A stretch of DNA of 64,000 nt from Paraspadella gotoi (Eukaryota > Animalia > Chaetognatha). Below the pieces are notes generated by a model. It was not told the DNA's origin and ran no database searches. It was given only the letters and a program-made list of their open reading frames with translations. Position 1 is the stretch's first letter. Every line of letters starts with the position of its first letter. This document shows, piece by piece, positions 1-13,199 of this stretch. Location of the stretch: the NCBI GenBank assembly GCA_051294375.1, contig CM119269.1, positions 7,293,590-7,357,589 on the forward strand, read 5' to 3'. The translations under genes and the position numbers were made by a program.

Positions 1-154
1 TCCACCAACCTCTCCAGCCGAGGTGGCCCGGCCAAGTTTCCCACTGATTTGGATCCTTGTTGTACTCCTCTTTCGTATGAGCTTCCATGTCAAATGCCAG
101 TCGGTTAGGAAAGTTGTCGTCGAGAGTGGAGGATCTGCCCTGGTTCCCGGACAT
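1..154 (-). CDS. Partial intronless ORF (gene 3 of the virus-like cassette), runs off the window edge; unknown product
   Basis: Manual translation from ATG at 154: MSGNQGRSSTLDDNFPNRLAFDMEAHTKEEYNKDPNQWETWPGHLGWRGWW, open to position 1. Starts ~42 nt after the stop of the preceding gene. Confidence 0.45.
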   Translation of the reverse strand, partial: MSGNQGRSSTLDDNFPNRLAFDMEAHTKEEYNKDPNQWETWPGHLGWRGWW

Positions 155-196
155 CTTAGATCCAAAAGAGTCAGCCTGATTATCTTTCGCTTTTCA

Positions 197-1594
197 CTAA
201 GATGACCTTCGTCGTTTGGCATTGACATCCTTAGATTCTATTTTCTTCGGTAAAACACTCTCAGTACGAGTTAATTTGGTCTGTAGAGAGTTGATTATTT
301 GTCGTGCCTCTGCAAGTCCATCGATTCTTGTAAAATATTGGGAATTCTGTTAACCAATGTGATATGACTGCGTCTTCCACAAAAGTGTAGCCCGTTATAA
401 AAAACTTGTAGGCGGTTAACCCATCATGTTAAAAAAAAGCAGATAAAAAGGGTTCCTCAAGAATGTTACTACTGTTAATAGATACAGACTTATTCGCCCC
501 GGGACATCGACTCTGAGAAGAAGGAAGTCAGACAAGTGTATATCGATTCCTCGTCCGGATCGCCGCTAATGAGGGCCTCTCATGGCGCTAGTGCTTGGCA
601 TCACGCTAGACTTTTACTATTCCCATTGCTTATTTGTGCATCGTTTAAGACAGATATCAGGATCAACTGAGCGTCGTATTATCTCTCCTGTCGATTTATA
701 GATTCTCTTAGGCAGACATTTCTTGAATAGAACATTTCTTCGAATCGAAAAATTCTGCTTTGTCTCTCGACGAGTGTACAAGGTCATGGAGGCCTGGCTC
801 ATGTGCGAAGATAGGATATAACCTGTGGGTGATAAAGTTTTTCTTGTACCATTAGTTTATTTCGCAGACGGCGAGGAGGATGCTCGTGAGGTCCTTTCCG
901 TTGTCATTCAAGCCTTGAGCGGTTCCTCCTCCTGTCTTTACATTCTCAGTTTTTTCTATTTTTGATGGCGGATGCTTTGATCTTGGGATGATTGCCGTTT
1001 GTAACCGAGAGATTTATAATGTCATCTTTTATTGACGATAGTGATCGCGCTTTTTGTATCCTGAATTTGAGTACGACATTCTGCTCGATTCGGCATATTT
1101 CTACGACATTTCTTCTGCTAAAGGTCCCCTATGATCTGCACATCTTCCTCTTGGCAGTTGGTGCCGTTATGGAGATGAGATCGAAATCTACATATATGAA
1201 GAAAACTTTTTACGTCTCGGCCCAGATCGGCAAGATCTATTCTAGCAGTGCGCTGTGAGGACGTTCGGACGTGATTTGACGCCTCCATGGAGAAGCATAT
1301 TATTCATGTGCCAGTTGTGTCCCGCTCCCTAGCTGAAGCAGTGACTGGCTTGCATCTTTCGGTAGGATTACTTGGTGAAAACTACGACAAGAAGTGAATC
1401 CAACTGAGAGACTTAGTTATAGGTCCTATCATCTCTTCGAGTAATGTGAGGACGATTGTTTGCGGCTCGACTGGCAAAAAAGTTGCCCCAAATATTTCGT
1501 TGACGGTATTGCTAGCGGGAAGAGATCGCAACATGTAGAGTGCTTCCACTTGTCTTGCAAACGTTTCGTCGCCCAATTTGTTGACTTTGGCCAT
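197..1594 (-). pseudogene. Frameshifted intronless gene of roughly 460 codons (gene 2 of the cassette); unknown product
   Basis: Starts MAKVNKLGDETFARQVEALYMLRSLP (ORF 1382..1594). Protein-like blocks continue in alternating frames (NVVEICRIEQNVVLKFRIQK; DLTSILLAVCEIN; FTRIDGLAEARQIINSLQTKLTRTESVLPKKIESKDVNAKRRRSS*) to TAG at 199-197. The breaks could be decay or read errors. Confidence 0.5.
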
Positions 1595-1632
1595 GCCGCT
1601 ATTATGTTTTGATTTTTTTTATTAGTAACCTG

Positions 1633-4519
1633 TTAGTAGTAAGGACTTCGCCTGATGTTCTGGAACGATCTCCGGCATTCGGCTATAGACCTCAAGATAT
1701 CTTTGGAGCCTGCCTTTTTTACGGCACTTGGTTTACAACATCTTGGCTTCTGTGGTAGATCGTTCAGTTGGGTATAGCCGAGTCGACTTGTAGCATTTAA
1801 GAACCCTCTCTTTGGCAATCGCTTGATGGATCGCCCAAAGACGTCGCGAAATTCCTCAATACTGTTTCCAAACCAATGTCGCGCTTGCTTGTCAACTGAA
1901 TGCTGGGTCACTTCTTTCAAGGGCGTAGAAATTCTTGCTATTCTCTGCCTTGTCCGTGGTTCCTCTGGACGTCTTTTCTCTTGCCACACTCGGCTTGCTT
2001 TCGATTCTGTCAGCTTGATTAGGTTTTGGTCGTTTTCATAATCTTTCTGCGCAGGGATGTTTCCTTCTCGCTCCGTCTCTAGCATTGGGCCTGTCGCCTG
2101 TTAAGTACTGCTGTATCAGCGCCTTGCTGTACATTCCGTTCTAGTTGTACGATCTCGTTTTTCTTCGCCTTCGCGTTACTACTACAATTCTTGCTGTCCC
2201 CATTCGCCTGGTTCGCCTGGGCAAGTTACTATACCCTTGTTTTAAGGGTCTCTATCGCCTCGATAATGGTGAGCAGGCGACCTCTGCGTCTTTTGACTTC
2301 ACAAGCCATTTGGCATCCGCTAATGACTTTCCAGTCACGTTCGTGCTGCTCTCACTGTGAGACTTGGCTTGTTTCCATTTTCTTTCGGCGCAACAGGGCG
2401 CGATGATTGAGTGCTCGTCAATGCATCCTGTGGTGCTCACCAACTTCTAGGCGGCTTTCAGTGGCCTGTTGTCTTTAAACAGGTGGGTTATCGGGCCTCC
2501 CGTTCCATACGAGCTCACTTGGAGTCTACTTTTGTTCGCGGCGAGACGATCCACCACTTTCAGAAGCGTGGGTCCTGGGTCTGTAGTAGCCGTTCCTATG
2601 ACTGACTCTTTGTCGATCATCGGTCAGGCGCAGACGGAAGAACGACCGTGTCATAGTAGCCAATTTGAACATGACCCTTGAGGTTATTATCCTCTCCCGA
2701 GTGTCGATCGTTCCGTTTCCGTAGATAACTCTCAGCGTGGGCCAGTCGCTAATCCTTGCTTTGTAAGGCGACCTCCAATTCCATCTATCAAATTTTGCGG
2801 GGATCGGTGTTCGATGACGCGCCTGTTGTCTTAAAGCAGCTGGCAGGCGCTCCACTCTCTCTTACCACCGCCGGTCACTTCAGCTAGTTTCTTCCGCAGT
2901 AAACAATATCGACTTCTTCCCGGTGTTACATCCCTGGCGTTGCTGGAGGACTTAATGTCAGTTTTCTCGTCCTGTTGAGTGTTGGGGCCCATATCCGGAG
3001 TGGGGGGGGGGCTTCTCATCCTTCGTTGTTTCCAATCGTTCTCGGCGCTTCCCCGGTGGTCTCGGTTAATGAATTGCCACTTCTTCAACTTTTCTTCAAT
3101 CGTTGCTTGATGGAGATGATCTCCCCAACTGGCTGTTGGCCGACTGATTTGAGGCTACGTGTGGGTATCTATATACAATTAACTTACGACATTGGACTAT
3201 CCCCTTCTCCCTAAGGGTTCGGAGGCCCGGAAACTTGTTTGCCTTTTGCCTGAGTTTTACTTTTGCTAGGCGGTGTGTTTGGTCACGTTAATGTAATTTA
3301 CTTCTCCCCGTGTCATGATGTTGAACGCCATCGCTTTCAGGTGTTCGGTTGTGATATATATGTTCACTCGCTTTTTTACATAACTTTTCACCACTTTCAA
3401 CTCGTTTCTGATGAATTGCTCTTCTTTTCCGGATTAACGTCCCAGCCTTGTGCCAGTGCTAATTTTTCGTCCTCTTCCTCGATGAGTTCGCCCGGTGTAA
3501 GAGAGGTTGTTCTCTTTGGTTATGGTTTCATAACAGCTTTACGTATACAACATACCGGGCTTCGCTGCGCTGTCTTACTCGCTCAGTTTTCCAGGCTGCT
3601 TTGCGCCCTGTCGGTGTATTCTGTCATCTTTACTTACAGCGGGGCCATGTCCTTGTGACGATTCGTTTTATGTTCTGCTTGCGGCGTCATTTGCTAGCTT
3701 TTGCCGCTTTCCCTCTCTGGGAGTATTTTGGTCTGACTGTCTCTCACATGAAATTTATCGAGTACATTTTCACAATTTCTTTATCTGTTCATCCATAAAC
3801 ACTTTCAACATTCGTTAATTACAACACTTCGCAGTCCTCACTCTTGCCTCAAGTATTATACTTCCATGGTTTATAAGTCTTCCTTTTCCGCGGCGATGTG
3901 TGCCACGTTCATTCTTCCGCCTCTATTCATCGCGTGCGATTCGCGTTCTCCATCCGGCTTCACCGCGTCCTTCTGCGGTTTGGTCGGTCAGACTGTCCGG
4001 TCGCCCTATTTCCACCGTCATCGACTTTCTTTGTGAGCATGGCTGATATGTTTTCGCCATCTTCTCTAGAGTTCCCGCGAATACTACGGTTGGTTTCCTG
4101 AAGCAGGTGCCTTGGTACAGGGCGTTTGCGCCTGTCGCTGCTGGGATTTTCTGTCCGACCAGCCCTTCTTTAACAGGGAATCCGTTATGATTCTTGTCTG
4201 TCTCATCCTTAACCGAGTTGATGAATACGGCGTCGTAGTTCGCTTGTTGGGTCGTTGTGCTTCCAGCCATCCCCCGCAGGATCCCATTCAATCTTTTTTA
4301 CCGAGGTGTCTTGCGTCTTCCGCCTAACGAACTCTCTAATCTCCCAGGATATCCTGGTCTCTATCACCTGGGCACACGGTCGTTTGAGACGCTTTTGATT
4401 AGCAGCCTGGCGGTGATGTCTCGGGATGATGCTTGGTCCTCCGCAGGCCACGCATGCGTGATTGCTGAAACCCGAGTTTACAAGCGCGAGTCATATTTGG
4501 AGTGTACTCTCGGTTTTAT
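1633..4519 (-). pseudogene. Long frameshifted intronless coding region (~2.9 kb, 5' end lost in a gap; could be more than one gene); unknown product
   Basis: Minus-strand ORF fragments tile the region (4209-4451, 3923-4291, 2831-3088, 2526-2855, 2252-2443, 1633-2085). Manual translation bridges part of the gap between them (EQFIRNELKVVKSYVKKRVNIYITTEHLKAMAFNIMTRGEVNYINV). No microsatellites and no intron-like AT tracts. Confidence 0.5.
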
Positions 4520-5429
4520 NNNNNNNNNNNNNNNNNNNNNNNNNGAGAGAGAGAGAGAGAGAGTGAGATTCAGCCGTGAGTCACCGAATAAGGAAGAAAA
4601 ATTACGAAAATATTAATGCATAGTAACGTTGCGTGGATCGATTAATATTAATAAATGCCCTCTCCATATTCAACGCCGCTTTCGCTGCTTCATCATTTTT
4701 TATCATAAAGAAATATGTCTTTTTTTTTTCTTTTCTCTTGGGGATGCTAGAGATACGAAAAAAAAGGGAAACCACTCACGCACGTTTTGCATTTATTAAT
4801 TAGTTTGAGCTTACCCCAAACTACTAAATAACAAAGTATTAAGTTTAATTTAATGTTCTATCAAAATATTCTAACAAACTCATTTCGAATGATCGTTCGC
4901 GTACTTTTCACTGAGTCATGGATAAGTCCCTCGTACGCGCAATTTACAAAAGACGTGATAGCGTTTAGTTGCGTGCGCGGGAGATATAACAAAACGCACG
5001 CATTGAAATTGAAAAAAACGAAAACTAATGTGCACACAAATTACCTGATTTGAAAGCTGTTACTAATTGTGCGCATATTAATTGAATTATTGAAATAAAA
5101 AAATTATTAAACTATAGACTAAATTAAAACGATTAACAATTTAAAATTAACACCAAGCAATTATCAATTATATGTATCTGCGATTTTATTCGTATTCAAC
5201 AAAGTTGATTCAGAGAAATCAATTATCGAATACTAATTAATAAATTAACCACAAACCAATACTAATATCTAATAACAATTAATTATAATCGAAGAATTAA
5301 CTGCTACTAACAATTAACTAATAATTAATTTTAATTATTTACTATCACCTTACTAATCCCCGCTTCCGTTGGCGCGGACGAAGAATCCCGAGTTTTTTTC
5401 TCTTTTAGTATTTATCAATTGATAAATTG

Positions 5430-5430
5430 A

Positions 5431-5467
<37 letters not shown>

Positions 5468-5490
5468 TATTATTTATTATTATTATTTAT
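5430..5490. repeat. (TTA)n microsatellite
   Basis: Direct reading: tattattattattatt... Confidence 0.9.
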
Positions 5491-5593
5491 TACATCGAAT
5501 ACACCTTAATCACCCAATCCAAACTGACCGACTGGCTCACGAATCGTAGAGAGAAAAAAAAAGGGAAAAAATGGTCTCTTGCCGTCGGCGGGA

Positions 5594-5594
<1 letters not shown>

Positions 5595-5626
<32 letters not shown>

Positions 5627-5642
5627 ACGGCGACGACGACAA

Positions 5643-5686
<44 letters not shown>
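5595..5686. repeat. (GAC/GGC)n trinucleotide microsatellite; similar (GAC)n/(GTC)n tracts at ~20494, 26245, 32398, 45884, 46583, 61462 and 62126
   Basis: Direct reading: cgacgacgacg... Confidence 0.9.
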
Positions 5687-5687
<1 letters not shown>

Positions 5688-6631
5688 AACTCGATGACGG
5701 TTTTATTACCTGCGCCTTCTGTCGCTTCGATGCGTTAATTGGCGGGAAAAACCACGGAAAGTGACTCGCTCTCTATCTCTCCTTCCATTTCGTCTCTTTT
5801 TTTCCCCCCTTTTCCCTCTCTCGTCCTCTTTCACTCCTTTTCCTTTATTTTTTCTCCCTTTCCTGCCTTTTTTTTTTCGTTCCCGTTTTCCGTTCGCTTC
5901 AATTTCTTTCCTTGGTCTCTCTTATTTCTCTTTTATCTCTTTTTCTCTGCCTTCCCTCTCTTCATCTATACTTTTCTTCTCTTTTCCTCTCCTTTTTATC
6001 ACCTCTCTTATCTCCCATTCCTTTCTATCTCCCACCCTTTCTTCTCTTCCATTCCGGGTTTTGCTTTTACATCCCTTTTCGTTCCCCTATTCTCTCTTTC
6101 CACTCCTTTGTTTCAAATTCCTTTAGCTTTAAATCATTTTTTTCCGATCATCATGAAATCATTTATCATCATTCGTGATAGTATCTCATGAGGTCAATCT
6201 ACGTTCAAGTCCGAAGTGTCCACAAAATGAGACCCAATTGTATGCGTACTATTAGCTGACTAACATCGAAACGATACGCGATATCGACTGAGACTAAAAG
6301 TTGTTTTTTTTTAGAATCTGACAAGATGAAAGTAGTTTCTTTCTTTAAAGATTAAAACACATATTGAATCTAAATTACGGCTTTTTATTTCTGATGACGA
6401 ACTGTTAGTTAAGTTGCATTCATTCCAATTATCACGATGACGTATTTCTGTAAACTATTCGAATTAAATTTGAAGGTTACTTTTTTCATTTAAACTCAAA
6501 CTTACTGGCCAGTCATGATTTTGTCTTTTTTATTGCAATTTTTTTATTTGACTTTTTTTATATTTATTTCGCAAAAAGTGAAAAAAGTTCGTCGTGAGAG
6601 ACGCGGTTTCTCTTGAGTTACGGGAGAGAGC

Positions 6632-6668
<37 letters not shown>

Positions 6669-7394
6669 AGGAGAGAGGAAGAGAGAGAGAGAGAGGCTTC
6701 GAACCAGAAAAAATAATCTTTTCGCGCCTTTTTTTAGTTTTTTTTTCTCTCGCTCGCGCTCACTCCTTTTTCGTTCCTTCTCTCTCGTTCTTTAATCGCG
6801 TTCTCGTCTGTATTTTTATCTCCGTCAATTTATACTTTTTAACTTTCTTTCTTTTTTTCTTTTTTTCTCTCTTTATCTCGTCTGTTTTCTGTTTTCCTCG
6901 ACGGTTTTTTGTTTCTATTTCGAAAAAATTGAACGAGTTTTGAGAACGCAGGGTCTGTCTGTTTTTGCGGTCGAGATGAGAGGAGAGTCAACTGAGCGAG
7001 AGAGAGAGAGAGAGAGAGAGAAGAGAGAGGAGAGAGAGAGAGAGAGAGAACATTTACTCTGTCAAAGACAACGCCATTTCAACATTTCGGTAGGTTTATG
7101 GGTTATAAAGTTACATATAACCCTTTTGCTTTTCTCATTAAATTCATGCCAGAGCATCGGCATTCATTTGGCACCTTCCCTTTCCTCTTAACCCCAAACC
7201 ACCCTCTCTCCATTTAGTCTCTTTTGATTGGCTATCTTCATTTCGTCGTCGTTGTTTTCTTCGACGTCGTCGTCGTCCAGCGTCCTAATCTAACATACAG
7301 AAATGAACACCTGCAAAAATGATTTTCTTGGCACAGAAAGAAAAACGAATTTCGTCTAAAAATCGAGGAAGTTTGATTGTTGAAGGGAAACGGA

Positions 7395-7455
<61 letters not shown>

Positions 7456-10067
7456 GAGAGAGAGGCCCGGAGCAGTGGCAATGAACAAATTTTTGTCGGT
7501 TCTTCTTCCCTCGAGGAATGTCGTAATATTACAAAAAGGTATTAAATTTTCTTTCTTTAAAACAAAAAAAATTTTGGAAAACAACCCATCTTTTCTGATC
7601 CTTTGTAAAACTACCATGTTTAATCTGTTACTTAACCAACAAATGATTTAGATTCACCTAATTAGAATAAGACATCGTAGAGCGCGCATATTTTCAATTA
7701 GGAACCCTAACAGCCCGTTAGATCGGGTGAAGAAAAATTAGCCAGAACCCAATACGATAGGAAAAACTCGCCTCAAGTTTAAGGTCGAAATTGATTTTAA
7801 AATTTTTATATTTTAGATTCTTAGTGCCATCCCGTATATTGGGGAAAGGCCTTGCCCCGAACAATGATCGATGAGGTTTCGAGTGTGCTCAAAAGATAAC
7901 CCTCGGGATTCAGCAAAGCGCAATGATCTACTTATTGAATGTGCCCTTCGCTTAGATTTAAACTATTGGACAACCTATGACTTTTTTTTGGTCTGTGTGA
8001 AATTAGCCCGCACGGAATACGTGTTTGCGTGCCGCGCGTGCACGGAGGGAAAGACGATCCTTCTTGAATCGACCGATCTTCATTCCTCACGTACGAAGAG
8101 GGCTTTTGTTTTTGTTTTGCGAGCGGCTGACGGAGGGCGGAGGGAGGTGGCGACCCTAGTGGGGATTTCACCACGGGCAGAGTAAGACGGAGTAGAGCCC
8201 TTAGGGTAGCAAGGCAAAATATCTATTCGCGCGGATTAAAACGATGATAATAAAACTTTTGAAAAATAAAAATTTACTTCATCTTCTTCTTCAACTTCTT
8301 TATGGATTCCACGGATGTTACACAGCTATCTCTTCTCTTCTTCTCTCTCTCCACACTCGTCTCGTCTCTCTCTCGCGCTCTCTCTGTCATCTCTTCTCTC
8401 TCTCTCTCTCGTCCGGCCCTCCTCGAGGTCGCTGCTGAAAAATCTAATGAAGCGAAGAGCTGGCCGAACCCTGATTTTGAGTTACTATTGAAAGCAGACG
8501 CTTTTGTAAAAATTTTTAATAAACTTAACAGGAGCATGTTTTATATCAATGATTTTCTTAACTTGAACGGATAACTTGTAATTAACTTATCGACTGTTAA
8601 TACATGAAATTGTAAAAAAGCTTTTACGTGAGTTTGAAATCTCGTTAAAAAATTATTTTCGTTGTGATCAACATGGAATAATTTTCTGGACAGAAAGAGA
8701 AAAAAATCATTATATTTTCTTTAATTAAAAAAATTCCATTTTTATTCGTTTAGATGTCATCCGGATTACTCGTAAATCGCAGATTTAAAAATAATTAGTT
8801 TTAATCGATATAAGTCTAATTATAGCCCCCATGAAATTCGCATTGAATAAATAAAATTAACGTTGCCCAGACCAACACCCGAGACGTTAAACCCAACTCG
8901 GGATGAGGTGAAGGTGGTGACATGGGGAGAAAGGGAAGTCCTTGATCGTGAAGAACGGTTAAGGCCGAGAAGTAGGAGGTGGGTGGTGATTGAGAAATAG
9001 CTGTCTCGAAATCCGGAAGAGGCTAAAAGATCGCTAACCGAAATCGAACCCAAGATTGGTCAACATCGAAAACAAAAACATTAGATAAGTAATTACTCAG
9101 TCTCGTATACAAGGACCAAATTTTGTTAAATGCAATTGCGTTAAGAAAAGATGTTTCAATATAAAAAAATACCACACAAAAGTCAATATATAACTTATGA
9201 ATTCATTAAATATCTTCAACGAACTGAACTCGGTAAAAAACAAAATTGTATGGGATCCTCGATTACAACCTTTTGATCGTGACTAGATACGACCTTCGCT
9301 CCCCGATTTCTTAACCTGACGAGTTTTTGCCTTCCAATTCTTCTCTTCTCTCTCTCTCTCTCTCTCCTCTGCTCTCTTCTCTCTTCGTCTCTCTCTCTCT
9401 CTCTCTCTCACTGCTCTCTCTCTCTCTCTTCGTGGGAAAAGTGATTATAACTTTATTATCGGACGAAGTTCGTGAGAGGTCAATTCCGAACACTCGTTTT
9501 TCGATCCCGAGAAACAGACATCGGAATTTTTGGCTGTTTTTAAAACCATTTATTTTTTTATTCATCCAGCTTCCAATTTTCTAACTTTCTAAGTTAGATT
9601 CGTTCACCTTTCCCGTTTTTCGATTATCGAACAAGGCCAGTGAAATAAAGTAGACGACGCGTCTCTTCAAAGATTGAAAAAAAAAAAGGAAATAAATAGA
9701 TAATGCAGATTTATGACTGTTTGTCAATCTAAAGATTAAAGTGAGAGAGAGAATCATGAAGATAGAAAATGAAGAAAAGAATAGATCGAATTTATACATA
9801 GTACTGGTTATAAGCTAAGGGTTTTATCGTTAATATCATTTTTGTATAGACGTATTCTGCGATGGTCCGTTTTATAAATATAGTATTAAAAGATATTTTG
9901 ATAAATAATACTCCCGGATTAAAATCATTTTAAAATGAACATATTGTTTTAAATAATGTGTATATTTTTTTGGGATCCAAATGAATGATGAAAATCGCAG
10001 ACGAATGGCAAAAAAAGACAATTTCGAGCTGCCTTTTAATCTTATTAAGTTGTTCTTTGTTTCTCAG

Positions 10068-12390
10068 CCGAAAAGGAGTTCGTCGACTGCTCCAGCTGGA
10101 GCCCGGAGATCCAACAAGAAGTCAAAAAACGGAGTTGGCTGGGGAGGCGGAGATATCTCCGCCCTGGAAGAAACTTCAGTAAATCAAATATATGGCTTCT
10201 TTAGTCATTTATATTTAAAAAAAATACTTAATGTAAGCAAAAATAAAATAAAAGCGAATATCGAAAAATGATCTTTAAAATATTTTTCAAAATATATCAA
10301 AGAACATTTAATAAAAACTCCGAAAAATTACTTTGTGATTGTCAAAAAACTTTGAATTATAATGAACATCTTTTCTGAGTAACGAGTACGTAATCTGTCT
10401 GCGTAATGCTTACTTTTAATTAATGTGCAATACTTTTAACAATCCCTAGGCTAAGCATGATCAACGACCGCGTTGATTGGAAGACAAAGAAGTTTGGACG
10501 CACGAACCAGAAATTTGATCGATTTCTCACGTCAGGGTTTCTATCCCCTTGGGCCGCAGGTAAAAAAGTTTAAGAAAATCCATTAACGCACAATATTCCT
10601 GCGTAAACAGCTTTGAAGAACATTTACAAATAAGGTAATTGTAATTTAAATACTATTTTCACCTTGAGAGCGTTCTATCTTAGTAGCCTTATATAGGGTT
10701 TACCAACGCTCCAAATATATCTACATACAGGGAAAGTTTTTCAAGACCGGAATTTTGATACCCTCCTCTCGTGTAAGTTTTCTTTCCTTTATTAAACATA
10801 AAGAAACAATACTCAAAAATTTTCAACATAAAATGATTTTTCATCTTCTAATTCTTACGGATCGCGATTCGGAAAGCGCTAATCTTGGAAAAACAAAGAG
10901 AGAAAGGTTATTTCAGTGAATTGAAAGAACAACTTAACGATTATCGATTTCTTTATTTTTATTAAAATTTTATTCTCATCTTATCATACACACTATCACC
11001 ACTTTAAAGTCTGTCATTTGTTGATGAAGGTGATTTCTATAAATCACAGGGCGGCCTCATGGGAAGCAAAAGGGCAGAGGGCAACAAGAAGAGGTCGCAA
11101 CAAACAAAAGGCACTAAGAAAAAAAAATCTTCACAATTTAATTAAGATAAACAAATGAAAAAAAAAAGTTACAATACAACTATTCTATACTGGAAAAAAG
11201 GTTCGTTTTAAGATCACTTTCTCATGCCCACGATACAGATACTGAATCTTCTACTGCACAGTCGTACATTCTAAATTGATAAGACAGACAGAATCAGCAA
11301 AAGACAAAATACAAAAGAATATAAAATATATATATTAATCGTTTTGAATCGGCAGGCCGTGTCCAGAGGCAACAAATCGACCTGAAGTCGGTTGAGGAGT
11401 GGTTCTTCAAGCTGCACCACGATCTCATGACGGCAGGCCGGAGTCCGACGAGGCAGCGCGTGGAAGCGACCCGCCTTGGCACAGTCGGCCGACAAGCCAC
11501 TAAGGTTTACTTCTAATGCAATTAGAATACAACCTTAATTTGAACGTGGGAATATTTGTTTTTTTTTCTTCACCAGAATCACCGTGCATATGGCAGTTGG
11601 AAGAAGTGTCGTGCGATACCACCATGCATCCTTAATGGACTTAAGCTCTGGTAATAGAAAAACGAATCCTTTTCATTCAAAAAATTAGTTCTTCCAATGC
11701 GATTCCACTCACCTTTTTTTTTTTTTTATAAAAGAACTTCCGAATGTTTCTCACAAGGATGCCGCCTTTCGAAGACCCGAAATGCTATTTCCACATGAGG
11801 TTCATTAACGTTGTTAAGGTTTTAAGGATCTTTTCATGGCTTTTGTTTTTTACAAATTTTCCTCGTTCACTTGCACGGCGCAGCGGCAAGCCTTCGGTAG
11901 CGCCGACCGGAGCTCCGGAAACGACTTCCTGCCGCGTCCGGACGCAGCCTCACTACTTTCGCGCCTATCGGCTCACCTAGAAGGATTCGGGTCCAGGAGG
12001 TTGCCAGCGAAGGCACCCCCGCTTCGGAAGATGGGGATCAGGTAACGACGTTCGTACAGAATTCGTTATGATAACAAAACTATCTTAACAGCTTTAGCTG
12101 CAGAAAATAATTTTTTTTTTTAATTACAACAAGAAACAGAAGAACAAGAACCAGCGATGTCGTCACAACGAAGTCAACAACCAAAACGAAATCTCATCCG
12201 TCGATGTCGATGACGTCACAAATCTTTGCGGTGATTTGATTGGTATGATTTAGAAAACAAACGAACAAAAGAATGGAGCAAGGAAAAATCGTGACAAAAT
12301 ATAATAAAAAAAAACTACCGTAACTTCCGACCTTATCTGTTCCAGCCTAATGTCGTCCGGCTCTTTACCGAATCCACGCCGGAGAAATAA
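10068..12390 (+). CDS. Candidate multi-exon gene or pseudogene with short introns; unknown product
   Basis: GC-richer blocks bounded by pyrimidine-AG and GT: ~10068-10178, 10450-10559 (MINDRVDWKTKKFGRTNQKFDRFLTSGFLSPWAA), 10697-10772, 11356-11504 (QIDLKSVEEWFFKLHHDLM), 11577-11650, 11735-11799, 11884-12041, 12346-12390. Frame continuity across all exons was not established. Confidence 0.4.
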
Positions 12391-13199
12391 CCTACACGGG
12401 AATGCCAAAGGAGCCTCCTCTCGATCGTTTACTATCTCTCAAAGGTCCATCTCCATCTCGTCGGCCGCAAAGAAAACATAGCATCAGCGCGAGAATTTTA
12501 TTTAAGCTTACACTTTGCAATCCCTCGCTATGTAATGTCCTTTTAAAGAGCTGGTTTATGGCACAGGGAACGTGTGTGTGGATTACCGAGCCTGTTGACT
12601 GCATGACCAACCACCCACTGGCGTGTTAATGCCGACACCATACACTCACCAACGAGACCGCGTGGGGATTGAAACCGTTAACCACTTTGTTAAACCAGTA
12701 CTCGCTGTCCCATCAAGGGGACGGACCCTTATTTATTATCAATCTAAATGGTAGGCAGAATTTATGATTCGCCACAACTCTAATATTTTAACTTTAAAGC
12801 TTCTCTTTACTAAAAGTTCTTCGTCAATATCTTCGCCGTCCCTTCCCGATTGCTTTACCACGACAAACCAGCCCGAGGCGCGAGTCTCGTGTTCGTCATC
12901 CACGCATTCACCTCCTCTTCCTCCTACTAGCACCCAGGCTCAAGGCTCACCCAGTTTTTCACTTCTTCCCTTCTTTTCCTTCTCTCTCTACTTCTCCTTC
13001 TCCGCCTTACGATTTTCGCCTCCGTTTTTGTACAACCTTTTTTTTCTGCTTTTAGTAGTAACATACTCGTTTTCCCACAATTTTTTGCCTTCTTCTTCTG
13101 TTGCCTTATCGTTAGTTAAGACCCAGATTACCCGCATCCAGATAGCTTACTCATTACTACGGACACAAATAACTCGCCTCCCCATTTTCTTCATCACTA

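Noticed and set aside
941-960. Minus-strand TAG-A6-CT-GAGAATG resembling a rhabdovirus gene junction
   Set aside because: The ATG is followed immediately by TAA, and protein-like sequence reads through in another frame (IEKTENVKTGGG), so it lies inside gene 2.
2400-2443. GCIDEH as a helicase Walker B motif
   Set aside because: No Walker A or other helicase motifs were found at suitable spacing.
6391-6420. Other CTGATGA occurrences (6391, 31864/31875, 48032) as hammerheads
   Set aside because: No stem II followed by GAAA.
7815-7980. AIPYIG peptide faintly like a piggyBac transposase segment
   Set aside because: Too short, interrupted by stops, and no supporting DDD motifs or TTAA-flanked ends.
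12640-12730. Possible tRNA or tRNA-derived SINE head on the minus strand (GGTTTCAATCCC B-box-like)
   Set aside because: No cloverleaf, no convincing A box and no second copy in the window.
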